This document shows, piece by piece, positions 26,365 to 37,510 of a stretch of 64,000 nt of DNA (position 1 is its first letter; every line of letters starts with the position of its first letter). The translations under genes and the position numbers were made by a program. The DNA is from the human T2T-CHM13v2.0 reference genome, Homo sapiens, in the NCBI RefSeq assembly GCF_009914755.1, contig NC_060940.1. One strand, 5' to 3'. The notes under the pieces are model-generated. The model saw nothing but the letters and a program-made list of their open reading frames with translations. It was not told the DNA's origin and searched no databases.

Positions 26365-27460
26365 TATATTTTGTGTTGCTGCTGAAACAAATTTGTACAA
26401 ACTTAGTCTGGTGGTTAATATTACATGTCACTTGATTGAATGAATGCCTAGATAGTTGGTAAAATATTGTTTGTGGGTGTCTCTGTGAAGGTATTACCAG
26501 AAGAGATTGACGTTTGAGTCAGTGGAGTAGGAGAGGAAGACCCACCCTGAATGTGAGTGGGCACCATCCGGTCAGCTGCCATCACAGCTAGAACAAAGCA
26601 GGCAGAACAAGGTGGAATAAGCTGGCTTGCTGAGTCTCCTGGCTTTCATCTTTCTCCAATGCTGGATGTTTCCTTTGGTTCCTCCTGCCCTTGGACATCA
26701 GACTCCAGGTTCTTCAGCCTTTGGACGCTTGGACTTACACCAGTGGTTTTCCAGGGGCTCTTGTGCCTTCAGCCACAGACTGAAGGCTGCACTGCCAGCT
26801 TCCCTGCTTTTGAGGCTTTCGGACTTTGAACCACTGCTGACTTCCTTCTCTAGCTTGCAGATGGCCTATCATAGGACTTCACCTTGTGATCATGTGAGCC
26901 AATTCTTTCTAATACACTCCCTTTTATATATACATGTATATGTATTGTTAGTTCTGTCCCTCTTAAGAACCCTAATTCACAACGTCACTTAACACAAATT
27001 AATTTTCTTAGGATTCCAGATAGCAGAGGTCTGAAATGGGTTTTCCTGGGCTAACATCTATGTGCTGGCAGGGTTGTGTTCCTTCGGAAAGCTGGGAAGA
27101 GCTCTCCAGGGAAGATTTCTTTGCTTTTCCTGTTTATGGAGGCTGCCTGCATTGCTTGGCTCATGTTCCCTTCCTCCAATTTCAGACTAGCAGATAGAAC
27201 ACTCTGACTTCTGATTCCATGGTCAGACCTTTCACTTTCTCTTCTACTGCCCTCTCCCTTCTAGGGACCCCTGTAATTACATTGGGTCCACTTGGATAGT
27301 CCAAGATAATGTCCCCATTTTGTTTCTTAATTGTATTTTCAAAGTCCCTTTTGCCATGTAAGGTAACATAATCACAGATTCTGGGGATTCAAAAGAAAAT
27401 TTCACAGAGACAGATAAACATATCAAACATATTTGGGGGTCATTATGCTGCCAACCACAT
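26365..27460 (-). mobile_element. MaLR LTR (MLT1B/C-like) interrupted by the MLT2A LTR
   Basis: ttgctgctgaaacaaatt...aaacttagt at left; gtctgaaatggg...aagtcccttttgccatgtaaggtaacata...ttatgctgccaaccaca at right. Confidence 0.78.
26409..26981 (+). mobile_element. HERV-L solo LTR (MLT2A1/A2)
   Basis: tggtggttaata...tttgagtcagtgga...ggaagacccaccct...ggacatcagactccaggttcttcagcc...ttagttctgtccctct...aaccctaattcaca. Confidence 0.88.
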
Positions 27461-28220
27461 CACAGGCAGTTATAATGCACATGGATAGTAGAGAGATTGC
27501 AAGAGGGGAAAGTGTGGAGAGGAAATGGAATTAAAGATGGAGATTCTCATTCAAATCATTAGTGAGCATAACGAAAAAAGTATAAGATGACTAATAGAGC
27601 ATCTCAGTTGCCCCTTTGTGACCATGTAAGTTAGACTTAAGTCTAAGTATACATTATTGAATATGCTTTATCAATATTTTTCTAAGGTAAAATTTTCATT
27701 CATAAAATGCATAGATTTTTACAAAATATGTAATCTGAGTTTTGATAAATATATGCATGTGGTTTACCACCACAGCAATTAAGACAGATAATTTTTTCAC
27801 TCGAAAAAGCAAATACCCACAGATTTCATACTTCCAGCAATGTATTTTCATTCAAAAATTTTTAATCTATAGATTGGATGAAATATATCTATTTTTATAT
27901 GTATATAAATATATATATACATATGCATGTGTGTGTCCATAATGTTCCTTGATTTTTTCTGCTTCTAAAGGCTACCTGGAAGCGAAAGAAGGGGTCCCCT
28001 TCTTCCATTTTCAAGCTTGCAAATTCATAGCTTGAAATTCTATGGTCAAGTCATCGTCTTCTCTCACTTTGACTCTAAAGTATGTATTTGGTTCATCATA
28101 AGATTTATATATATGTATATATATATATACATATACCTTTCTACCTATATATTTGTAAGTTCTCAAAGGATAGAGACATTAAACTCCTAATACCGGGCTT
28201 AGACAACTGGCCTACCACAT

Positions 28221-28654
28221 TGTATTTGTCCGTTTTCACACTGCTGATAAAGACATGCTAGGGACTGGGTAATTTATATAGAAAAAGGTTTTATATATAT
28301 ATTTTTTATACTTTAAGTTCTAGGGTACATGTGCACAATGTGCAGGTTTGTTACATATGTATAATGGACTCACAGTTCCACATGGTTGGGGAGGCCTCAC
28401 AATTATGGCAGAAGGCAAAAGCCATGTCTCACATGGCAGCAGACAAGAGAGAATGAGAGCCAAGCGAGGAGGGTTTCTGCTTATATAAACCATCAGATCT
28501 CATGAGACTTATTCACTACCAAGAGAACAGTATGGGGGAAACTGCCCCCGTGATTCAATTACCTCCCACTGTGTCCTTCCCGCAACATGTGGGAATTATG
28601 GAAGCTACAATTCAAGATGAGATTTGGGTGTGTAAACAGAGCCAGACCATATCA
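28221..28654 (-). mobile_element. THE1 solo LTR (THE1B/C-like) containing a tiny L1 insertion
   Basis: tgtatttgtccgttttcacactgctgataaagac...ggactcacagttccacatgg...caattcaagatgagatttggg...accatatca; flanks cacat/aacat. Confidence 0.9.
28292..28362 (-). mobile_element. ~70-bp L1PA 3'-terminal fragment nested in THE1
   Basis: ttatactttaagttctagggtacatgtgcacaatgtgcaggtttgttacatatgtat is the antisense L1PA 3' end. Confidence 0.88.
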
Positions 28655-29774
28655 AACATTTTGATAACCTCCATTATTACGTTTTTGCTATAGTATCAGT
28701 ATTGACTTATCAGGAAAATATTATAGTGCATATTGTAGATCTCTGAAATAGAATCATTGCTATTATAGTATCCTCTTCATGTAATTCCTGCATATCTTTT
28801 TATTTACCAGGACTGTTAGTGATATTAACCACAAGTTATTGCTTTTAGTAAAATATTTCTTGGCAGATCTTGGTGTCTAAATGAGATGACTGGGTTTTTT
28901 TTATTGTTGTGTTCTTCCCCTAACTATAATAATTAGCTATAAAATTATCTCAGACATATAGTTGGTTAATAAAAACCTAGGAAATAAAGATTAGACCAAA
29001 TTAAAATTTTGTTTGGAGCTCGAGCAGAGTCCATAAATCTAAGTTGGCAAAAACAAATGAAAGTATTTTATATTTCACTTGGAATTTTAGGAAAGAGCAC
29101 TAGGAGAAAATGCATATTTTTTTTTCATCACTTGCAGGGAATAACCAGAGAAGGAAAACTCTGCAATCCCATTGATATCTTGGTACCCTTGCCAATTGAC
29201 TGGGCTACACACACCTTATATAATGAGTCTTAGAGACAATCAGAAAAGTATTCCCACATAAATCAAGAAAATGGATAGCATCAAAGCATAATGTTGTTGT
29301 CATTACTGGAAGTCCAGGGCCAAAGTTACATGTAAATTGGCAAACAAGACAAAATCAATGCAAGTGACTTGCAGGTTTGAGTCTGAAAACCTGGCTGAGA
29401 GAGAAAGCTGAATATCCCACGTGGATGAGGGTGGCCTCAGATGGAAATGAGTGGTTTTAATTTAAGCAGCTTGCTGTTGACAGAAGGGACTATCTGCCAT
29501 GCTCATCACTTATTAGCAGTGCTGATGGCTTCACACTTGAAGAAAGTAGAGAGTTAAATTTATTCAGGTCATCTGTAGGCAACAAATATGGAGACAAAGT
29601 GGCAAGGGCTGTTTTTCCCAAATGTTAATGTGCATAAAAATATTAAAACAAGCAGGAATTTTACACTATCCCACATACAAGGCTCTGTTTTGAGTAATAT
29701 ACTCAAGTCAAAATACATAATATTATTTTAAAATTTAAAAAAATCACTTGACGTGTTGGCAAAACAATGAAACT

Positions 29775-29995
29775 TAAAGGACATGGGCTCTGGTGCCAGA
29801 TGATCTAAAGTTTGAGTTTGCCCTGGCCCTGAGTTAGCTGTATAAACAGGATATGCTACTTAACTTTGATAGCTTTAGTTTTCATCGTGTGGAAAATGGA
29901 GAGGATGCCCATCTCACTGTGTTTTTATGAAGGTTAAATGTGGTTATAGATTTAAAATATGTTGCATGCCTTGCACGATACTGGCTTCCCATCAA
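29775..29995 (+). mobile_element. MIR
   Basis: catgggctctggtgccaga...ctacttaac...ttttcatcgtgtggaaaatgg...atgaaggttaaatg. Confidence 0.7.
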
Positions 29996-31102
29996 GAGTT
30001 TTGAGTATATTACAGGTATTTTCCCCTCTTCTTCCCTGCTATCATTCTCAGTTGTCTTTTGGTGGAAGGTAGCAGATTGGATTAAAAGATTGCTTTTTTT
30101 TCTTTTCTAGAGTTCAACTAGGCCCTTTAATGTTGGAGGAACCAGGGATATTCTGTGGACATAATTCTGGACAGCAGAACCTAGTTTTCTCCATGCAGAG
30201 GAGAATCATGCTGTCCTCAGAGGGTTTATTCTTAAGCAGTTCTCACTGACATGAGAGACAGTGACCCAGTGTGTTGGCATGGAGGGATGGGCAGGAGTGC
30301 ACCTTGCAGTAGGCAAGTTCTCCTCTAGTACATGGAGCTGCCTCCACGTCACACACTCTGGCAGCAGAAGTTTTGGTGCTGTGAAATCTGTGTTCTCTAG
30401 GGATGACTGAAGTTGTCATCCCAAAGAGATTTGAAGGGAATATACTCTCTCTAGATACAAATAACACATATCCTATGTGACAGTCTGTCTTCTTGTTGCT
30501 TGATTTTATCCTGATGTTCAGTTGACATTACTGCTTTATATAGAAATGGTTAAGTGACTTTTTTTCTTGTTTACTTTTTTATTTTTTATCACCTGAGCAG
30601 ACATACATACAAACACACTTACATGTTTATATTATATTATATATTTACAACCCAAGGTTAAAAATGATAGAGCTGCGGTGCTTATAAACAATTTAGTAAA
30701 CCTGAAATTGTTACTAATACAATTTAAGCAGTTTAGTTAACTTTTTAAAAATTACCAGCACTTGTAAACAAATGTTTCTTAAAAATGTGTAAGAACTAAT
30801 ACTCCTGCATACAAATTTTAGTTGATTTCTCTCCTTAGTTTTAATGGAATAATAATGTTTTATTGTCATTATCTGATGGACATGATTACTGCAGATATTT
30901 TATCATGTTGGCATTATGATTTAGTAGAATTTTACCGTTTAATTCTTAAATATACACAGAAACACTGCTCAGAGTCCTCTGGGCAATAATATCTGGTACA
31001 GATGCATGAGGGAAAAAGAGCAAAGCTATTACTGTTAGGAGTGTCTGGTCACTTAAATCTTTCACACATCAGTGGAAGAATAGATTTCTTAGTGCTGAAA
31101 AG

Positions 31103-31188
31103 CACAATGATGACTTGTATATTATAGATTTGTGATTACATTAAAACTTAAAATTTCACAAATCTATAATATGCAGGTCATCACTGTG
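31103..31188 (+). ncRNA. MIR4719: Pre-miRNA-like hairpin; 3' arm matches mature hsa-miR-4719 as recalled
   Basis: 33-bp arms 31103-31135 / 31156-31188 with 3 non-Watson-Crick positions (2 G:U, 1 A:C) and a 20-nt loop; 31156-31177 is TCACAAATCTATAATATGCAGG, which I recall as miR-4719 (not verified by search). Confidence 0.75.
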
Positions 31189-32009
31189 AAAACTATACGT
31201 TTGCAAAAGCCTTAAATTATATAAATCTTTATGCATTTAGTAAAACGTTATTTCCTTTTATGTTGAACTTTGTCATGACCTGTTCTAGAATATTACATGG
31301 TATTGACTTTTGAAATGGCAGCAAAGGAACAAGTTTCTTAAATATCTATTTGATTGATTTACATTCATGCAGATGCATTAAGTCTTTCACTGGTTGATGT
31401 TCTTCTTTCCAAGTGGATTACAATCAGATTGAAGACCAACTTTCCAGATTCTGCCAAATCCCACTTCTCACTCACATTTCCAAGATTGTCTCAGGAACAT
31501 TCTTCAACAAACATGACAACATCAAGTCTTTCAAGTAGTGATTTTTCTTTTTATGAATGTAGGCATTACTCTGTGAAAATGAATTACATTAATGATAAAA
31601 TGCAACAAACTAACAGCAAAACATCTGATATAAGACAAGATAAAATGTGACACATTTATTGAATATTAAATAGTTACTTAGGTTTAAATATTTAAAACTA
31701 TGTAGATATATGGCAATCTCAAATACATCCAGAATATGAAGGGGAAATTGAGTTTAATGCATATACCTATATTTTCTTAATATTTCTGTAAATGTAACAC
31801 TAGCTATTTTGTGTAGAGTTGTAGCCAAGTCAAGAAACCAGTCTTAGTCTATAATGGTTTGAGACCTTGACGAGTAAATTAATACCTTTTGGTTTTATTG
31901 ATGACAATACTGATGTCTGGGATAGGAACTTTGAAAGTCATTTCTTCTAAGTAGCAAAGCTGCTTGTTGAATTGCATTTTCCATTATCTTTGCTGAGGGG
32001 TTCCATAGT

Positions 32010-32460
32010 CACCTCTGCATCAACATCTCCATTCAACTTGTCATTTTCCCTTCAGTCCTTAGGCTGATTCTAATTTCTATTGATTAATAAGTGGCATTAC
32101 ATCTTGCCTGTTCAGCCAGTCTCAGCCTCATGTCCTCCTCACATTCCATATCCATTCTTTTTCTCCACTTTCTACATTTGACTGATTGCCAAGACCTATA
32201 CATTTTAATTCTATAATAACTGCCCAATCTATTTCTTCTCCACTACTGCTGCAACTACTTGAGTTTGAGTCTCCATCGCTTCTTATTTGGATTACTCTAA
32301 TGAATATATAACAGATCTCCCCACCTCCAGTCCTGTTTTCCTCCAACTTTTCTTCATAGGGTTGTTACCATATTCTTGGAAAATAAAAATCAAGTCGAGT
32401 TACCCATCTTCCACTGCTGCCCACTTCTTGTTAAAGGCCTTGACTGGCTTCTCTTAGATT
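32010..32460 (+). mobile_element. L2 fragment
   Basis: Pyrimidine-rich L2-type sequence: ctatttcttctccactactgctgc...ttggattactctaat...aaaaatcaagtc. Confidence 0.6.
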
Positions 32461-32488
32461 AAAAAAAAATCAAGATAAGAATTGAACT

Positions 32489-32711
32489 GAACACTGAGAA
32501 CACATGGACACAGGGAGGGGAACAACACATATTGGAGCCTGTTGGAGGCACCAGGGGAGGAAGAGCATCAGGATAAATAGCTAATGCATGCGGAGTGTAA
32601 TACCTAGGTGATGGGTTGATAGGTGCAGCAAACCACCGTGGCACAGGTTTACCTATGAAACAAACCTGCATGTCCTGCACATGTATCCCACAACATAAAA
32701 TTAAATTAAAA
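32489..32711 (+). mobile_element. Short 5'-truncated L1PA 3'UTR insertion with 11-bp TSD agaattgaact
   Basis: gagaacacatggacacagggaggggaacaacac...gcaaaccaccgtggcac...aaacctgca; TSD at 32478-32488 and 32720-32730. Confidence 0.88.
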
Positions 32712-33092
32712 TTCGTATTAGAATTGAACTATTAAATTTTGACTGAAAGAGAAAAGGGTAGATGCATCTCATTTTCTTCACCTACAAAATGCTATGATCT
32801 AATTTGATTAAGGACTCATCAGTCTCCCCAAATTCTACCATCATAGATGAAATTCCTGTGCCTGCTTTTCCTGGCACCAGTGTATCCTGTGCCTCTACCA
32901 CCATATACTGTCTATCTCTTAGACACCCAGCTTATAATAGAGAAGACAGAAACCAAAAGAATTGTTGATTCTTAGGATAACTTGGGGCATGCCTAAGTAT
33001 GCCCTAAGAGCATACTTTCAACACTGAGTCGAGAAGAATTACTGAGTCTTAGGATAATTTTATGAAACAAATAATGCCCAGGGATATCATGC

Positions 33093-33286
33093 TCTTGCTT
33101 AAAGTCCTTGACTGGCTTCTCTTAGATTAAACAAAAAATCAAGATAAAATAAGAATTGAACTGAACAAGGAGAACACATTGACACAGGGAGGGGAGCAAC
33201 ACACATTGGAGCCTGTTGGGGGTGCAAGGGGAGGAAAAACATCAGGATAAATAGCTAATGCATGCGGGGTGTAATACCTAGGTGAT
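33093..33286 (+). repeat. Local duplicate of 32426-32612 (unique flank + TSD + L1 5' part)
   Basis: ccttgactggcttctcttagattaaa...taagaattgaactgaaca...catcaggataaatagctaatgcatgc...gtgtaatacctaggtgat occurs twice. Confidence 0.9.
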
Positions 33287-34004
33287 CTGGGATAGGCTAG
33301 TTGATAATATCTTCTGAGATAGGATGGCCCTATCTTAAGACAGAGTGCAAAATAATTATTGAGTCTTAGGGTAATTTTGTGAAGCTAATAATGCCCAGGG
33401 ACACCATAGGATGTCCTGTCTCAAGGATGAGTCCAGAGCATCCACGAAGGTTTTATATATGACCTCTGAGCAAGTTAGAACATTGCCAGTGTCTTTTCCA
33501 TTCAGCCATATCACATCATAACAGCTCAAATGTGGCAATACATGATTGGCGTTATAAAAGAGGTGATAAGAAGGCTTTTGATGCTTGTCTTTTGAAAGTA
33601 TTTATATTCTTGACATTTCAGATTTTCTTGACATTTCAGACTGTACATACAACACTATCAAGTCAAGCGAGGTTCTCTATCCATTCCAACTTGTGTGTCC
33701 ATGTGATTCAAATCAACTCAAATCTCTGCTTGCACAGCACATAGCAGATAAGAATCTACAATTTAAGGGGTTACCTTGCATTTAAGGAAAGGAAAAAGAC
33801 AGAAAAACCTGTTCAGCTAGACAGAAGGCAATATTGACATCAGACTGGAGCCATTAGCACTTTGATAATGAAAATTCTGACATAATCATGTTCAATATGT
33901 TGTCAGCATATCTTCTCATTTTTAAAAGATAGTCATCAAAGTGAATAAATTTCTTAAGAATTCATAGGGAGTAAACATAAACTATGCAGATGCTCCATGT
34001 AGGT

Positions 34005-34210
34005 CAGAGTTTCTCAACCTTGGCACTGTTGACCTTTGGGGTAGGATAGCTCTTTATTGTAAGGGGACTGTCCCATGCATTGTAGAATGTTGAGCAAAAT
34101 CCCTGGCCTCTAGCACCTTCCCCCAGTCCAACAGCTCAAATTGTCTCCAGCTATTGCCCAATGTTCCCTTGGAGTGGGGTGGCAAAATTGCTCCTCATTG
34201 AGAACTAATG
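34005..34210. mobile_element. MER20 (hAT-Charlie non-autonomous DNA transposon)
   Basis: cagagtttctcaaccttggcactgttgac...cattgtagaatgttgagca...ggcaaaattgctcctcattgagaactaatg. Confidence 0.85.
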
Positions 34211-34629
34211 CAAATGAAAGACATGGTCATTTTTAGATTCATGACACATTATTGGGTTATTTTTCAGTGGTGAAGAAGAAATGCATGTTGATTCTTTTCC
34301 TATAGCATTAGTGTTCTTTATATGTCTATGGAAAAAAGAGACAAAGAAATAATTTATAAAGAGTGGTATTCTGAACTTCGTGAATAAATGCTTTTTATTG
34401 TATCTTTTAGGAGGAATATTTCAATAGCAAGGTTTTTCCCCCCTCTATGTTCTGCCTTTCATGGTAATCAAAGGAAAGTATAATATAAAGATATTAACTG
34501 AATATCAAGGGCTAACGATATAAAAGTATAAATAGAAATAGAAAATGAATTTTCCCCGAGGCAAAGAGAGATGAGAGACAGAGGACAAAGCAGGACAGAA
34601 AAAACAGATCTCTTCTGCTCTATTTTATT

Positions 34630-34860
34630 AATTCATTTAATTAAGCAATTATACTTCTTGCTATGGACCAGGACATTTTTACTTTATTTTTTGTTGTTAT
34701 ATCATGTAATCTTCATAATTCAATTAACTAGGTGCTATTAATATTTCTATTTTGCAGTCGTGGAAACTGAGGCATACCGAGGTTAAATGACTTGGCACAA
34801 AAGCACACAGCTAGTAATTGACAGGGCCAGGTCATGCCTGATGCTACTTTCAGCTCCTGT
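34630..34860 (-). mobile_element. MIR
   Basis: ctattttgcagtcgtggaaactgaggcataccgaggttaaatgacttggcacaaaagcacacagctagtaa. Confidence 0.8.
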
Positions 34861-34899
34861 ATTTAAACCCCCTACTCCAGTCCATTTGTGCTTCCTGTC

Positions 34900-35255
34900 T
34901 GCTTAAGTAGGACTCTCTGGGATGCAGGCTATAAAACAGCTTTGCTGCACGAATTTGAAATGGGTTCTTGGTGTCTGTTCTTATAGCACTGGGAAGGAAG
35001 TAAGACCAGGAAAGGGAGAAAGTGAGCTGTGATGCATTTGCAATAAAAACCTCAGCTAATCCTATTAGGAGATCTACAGTGGGGAATGGGAGGGTTCTGA
35101 GTTTTCCCACCTTGAGTTTGGGGATGAATCTATCAAATCATAGACTAGTTGCTGAATGCATGCTGTTTCCAGAAGGGGATGCTACGTTAAACATGGCAGT
35201 ACTTTTCAGCCAAGGGCTGTGCTCAGTTGAGAGCCATCAACTGGGAGGTCAGGTT
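34900..35255 (-). mobile_element. ERVL LTR fragment (LTR33/LTR16 group)
   Basis: gggagaaagtgagctgtgatgcatttgcaataaaaacctcagctaatcct resembles antisense LTR33-group sequence. Confidence 0.5.
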
Positions 35256-35289
35256 CAATGAAACTGTGCTCTCCAACTTTGCCCTGGTC

Positions 35290-36260
35290 AGTGAATGAAT
35301 AGAAAGGCATAACATTTGTACAGTGTACTGGGGAAATAGAAACAGCTGGTGGTTGCCAGGAAAAAAATGACCATGACTTCTAACCACTGTAGGTCCTACC
35401 TGGTCTTACAAAGACTGTAGTGAATCAAAGCAGTGCCGTGCTATCACCATTATCCACATACGGCCATGTCAGGGCAGATTTGTCGGGGGGCACTGCAGTA
35501 AGGAACTCTCTGTGCCTAGGTCCCTGGATAAGGCACCTCCTTCTTCTGATTGAAAGTTTCCATCCACAGCTTAGAAGCTGGATCCCGGCTGCAAAGTTCC
35601 CAGAAATCTCTTTTCCTTTTATAGGTTCCATTCCTCATTTGTATTTGTCAGTCCAGGCGGCTGGGGCAGTGGCCTGAAGGACCTTGGCAAAAATATCAAT
35701 CACCGACCTAGATTTCCACTGCAAGAATGTGAGGGAAATCAGTCAGAATTGGCAATATCTCACAATTTCACTGATTTTTCCCCAGAGTTAGTTTGAACCA
35801 AGTGCTGCTGGACGGTGCTGCCCCTCTTTAGTGTGGACTTGGTGACCCAAGATGTGTCTATCATGTGTCCCTGTGATCTTCAACACATGGCTCCTAGGTT
35901 TTCCCAGGGATGAATTTCAATCCACAGTCATCTCCAGAAGTGTGGTTGCTTCTGTAGAAGAAATAGGTCCTTTTTGTGGCTGAATTTGGTACCTTTTATT
36001 TCTTGAAGCAAAACTACACTCTCCAGTTTCCCTCTGGCAGTTCTGAGTTCAGATCCTCTTTGACCGTCACCATGGACTCGGTGCTGCGTGACTTCGGCTG
36101 CAGTATCTTTACCCATGAGAAGAATGAGAGAGCCCTCCACAGAGGCCAGTGTAGGAGTCCTGGTAGGCACCAGGGTTAGGACCACAGATGGTCTCTATAA
36201 ATGTGGAGTATCAAGGCTTGGGCCAGGCCTGCTGCTGAGGCATGGAGGCAGCCAAGTTTG
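35290..36260 (-). pseudogene. Highly degenerate intronless WD40-repeat pseudogene, WDR88-like
   Basis: Manual minus-strand translation across frames gives colinear WD-type remnants: VEGSL..AEV....GDGQR, GKL...IKGTKFS, NSGEKSVKL*DIA, CSRDPASKLW, GTESSLLQC; order matches WDR88 as recalled; many stops and frameshifts. Confidence 0.45.
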
Positions 36261-36347
36261 TAAATCATTCACTTGTTTGAAAACCATTTGTTGACAAGAC
36301 TGCTCTTTCCCCATTAAATTTTTTTCGGCACCCTTGTGAAAAATCCG

Positions 36348-36623
36348 TGGCCGCGTAGTATTCCACGGTGTATATGTGCCACATTTTCTTTATCCACTCT
36401 ATCATTGATGGGCATTTGGGTTGGTTCCAAGTCTTTGCTATCGTGAACAGTTCATGTCCTTTGCAGGGACATGGATGACACTGGAAACCATCATTCTCAG
36501 CAAACTAACACAAGAACAGAAAAGCAAACATGGCATGTTCTCACTCCTGAGTGGGAGTTGAACAATGAGAACGCATGGACACAGGGAAGGGAACATCACA
36601 CACCGGGGCTTGTTGGGCGGTGG
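36348..36623 (+). mobile_element. L1PA 3'UTR fragment with 5' inversion (twin priming); 3' end missing
   Basis: 36348-36451 is antisense L1 (gtagtattccacggtgtatatgtgccacatttt...gtgaacagt), joined via agt to sense L1 (agttcatgtcctttgcagggacatgg...catcacacaccgggg). Confidence 0.85.
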
Positions 36624-36947
36624 TAAGACACACAGTGCTCATCACAGCATGAAGAAAAAGCAGTAGAGAAGGCAGCTGAGACCAGATATCAACAAAGGCA
36701 GCTCTTCTGGACTCCCGTGTAACTCAGATAATAGAGACCATAAGCCGCTGTCTGTATTTGGGCACTAGAAAGTCTTACCAACCTTGTGCTGGGGCTTCGG
36801 GATTCAGCACCATGTCACCAAGCACCTTGATCAGAATTCTTACATGGCTCGTGGTAAAACCACAAAGGAAATAAGAATTCAGCTGAAATGTAGTTTAATA
36901 TATTTGCTGAGAATCCTTTCCTCAAAAGTAACTTTTATGGCAATGCC

Positions 36948-36974
36948 TGTGTGTGTGTGTGTGTGTGTGTGTGT
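36948..36974. repeat. (TG)n microsatellite
   Basis: Pure tgtgtg run. Confidence 0.9.
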
Positions 36975-37414
36975 CTACTCATCTAGACAAGTACATTTTA
37001 ATGTCAATTATTAATAGTTCTTCTGTTTATTTTACTGACTTTCTCTAAATGGGGAAGAAAGTTCACTTAATTTACAGCTCAGTTTCCACCATATTGTTGA
37101 AACAAAGAAAGTCCCACTTTTTAAAAGTTTGGTTTTAGGTTTGTATGGTTAGGCTCAAGAAAAAAAATAGAATGAGCGTTAAAACCATGTTATAATGATT
37201 TTAGCTAAAATTACAGTATATTAATTAAAGAAACATAGTTTCTATATTGCTTTTCTGAATAAAAGTACATGAAATTGCCTATTGGCACTTGAAGTTGATT
37301 TCCTGTACTGGCAAATATCTAGTTACCAAATGATACAGTACAGAATAAGAATGGGTCATATTGATTAGCTTAGACCAAAGATTGTGAAAGTGGCTGGGGC
37401 TTATTGTGTTTTCT

Positions 37415-37510
37415 TAATTCACTCATTCATCTATTCAACACAAATGGTCATCCTATTATGTGCAAGACATTGTGTCAAATGTGGTAGGAGATAAAGACAT
37501 AAAAATGAAA
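37415..37510 (-). mobile_element. L2 3' end
   Basis: attcactcattcatctattcaaca...cctattatgtgcaagacattgtg. Confidence 0.65.

Noticed and set aside
36348-36623. Apparent CpG gain or A-to-I editing signature in the twin-primed L1
   Set aside because: Changes are not strand-consistent and older L1PA consensus sequences probably contain several of these CpGs
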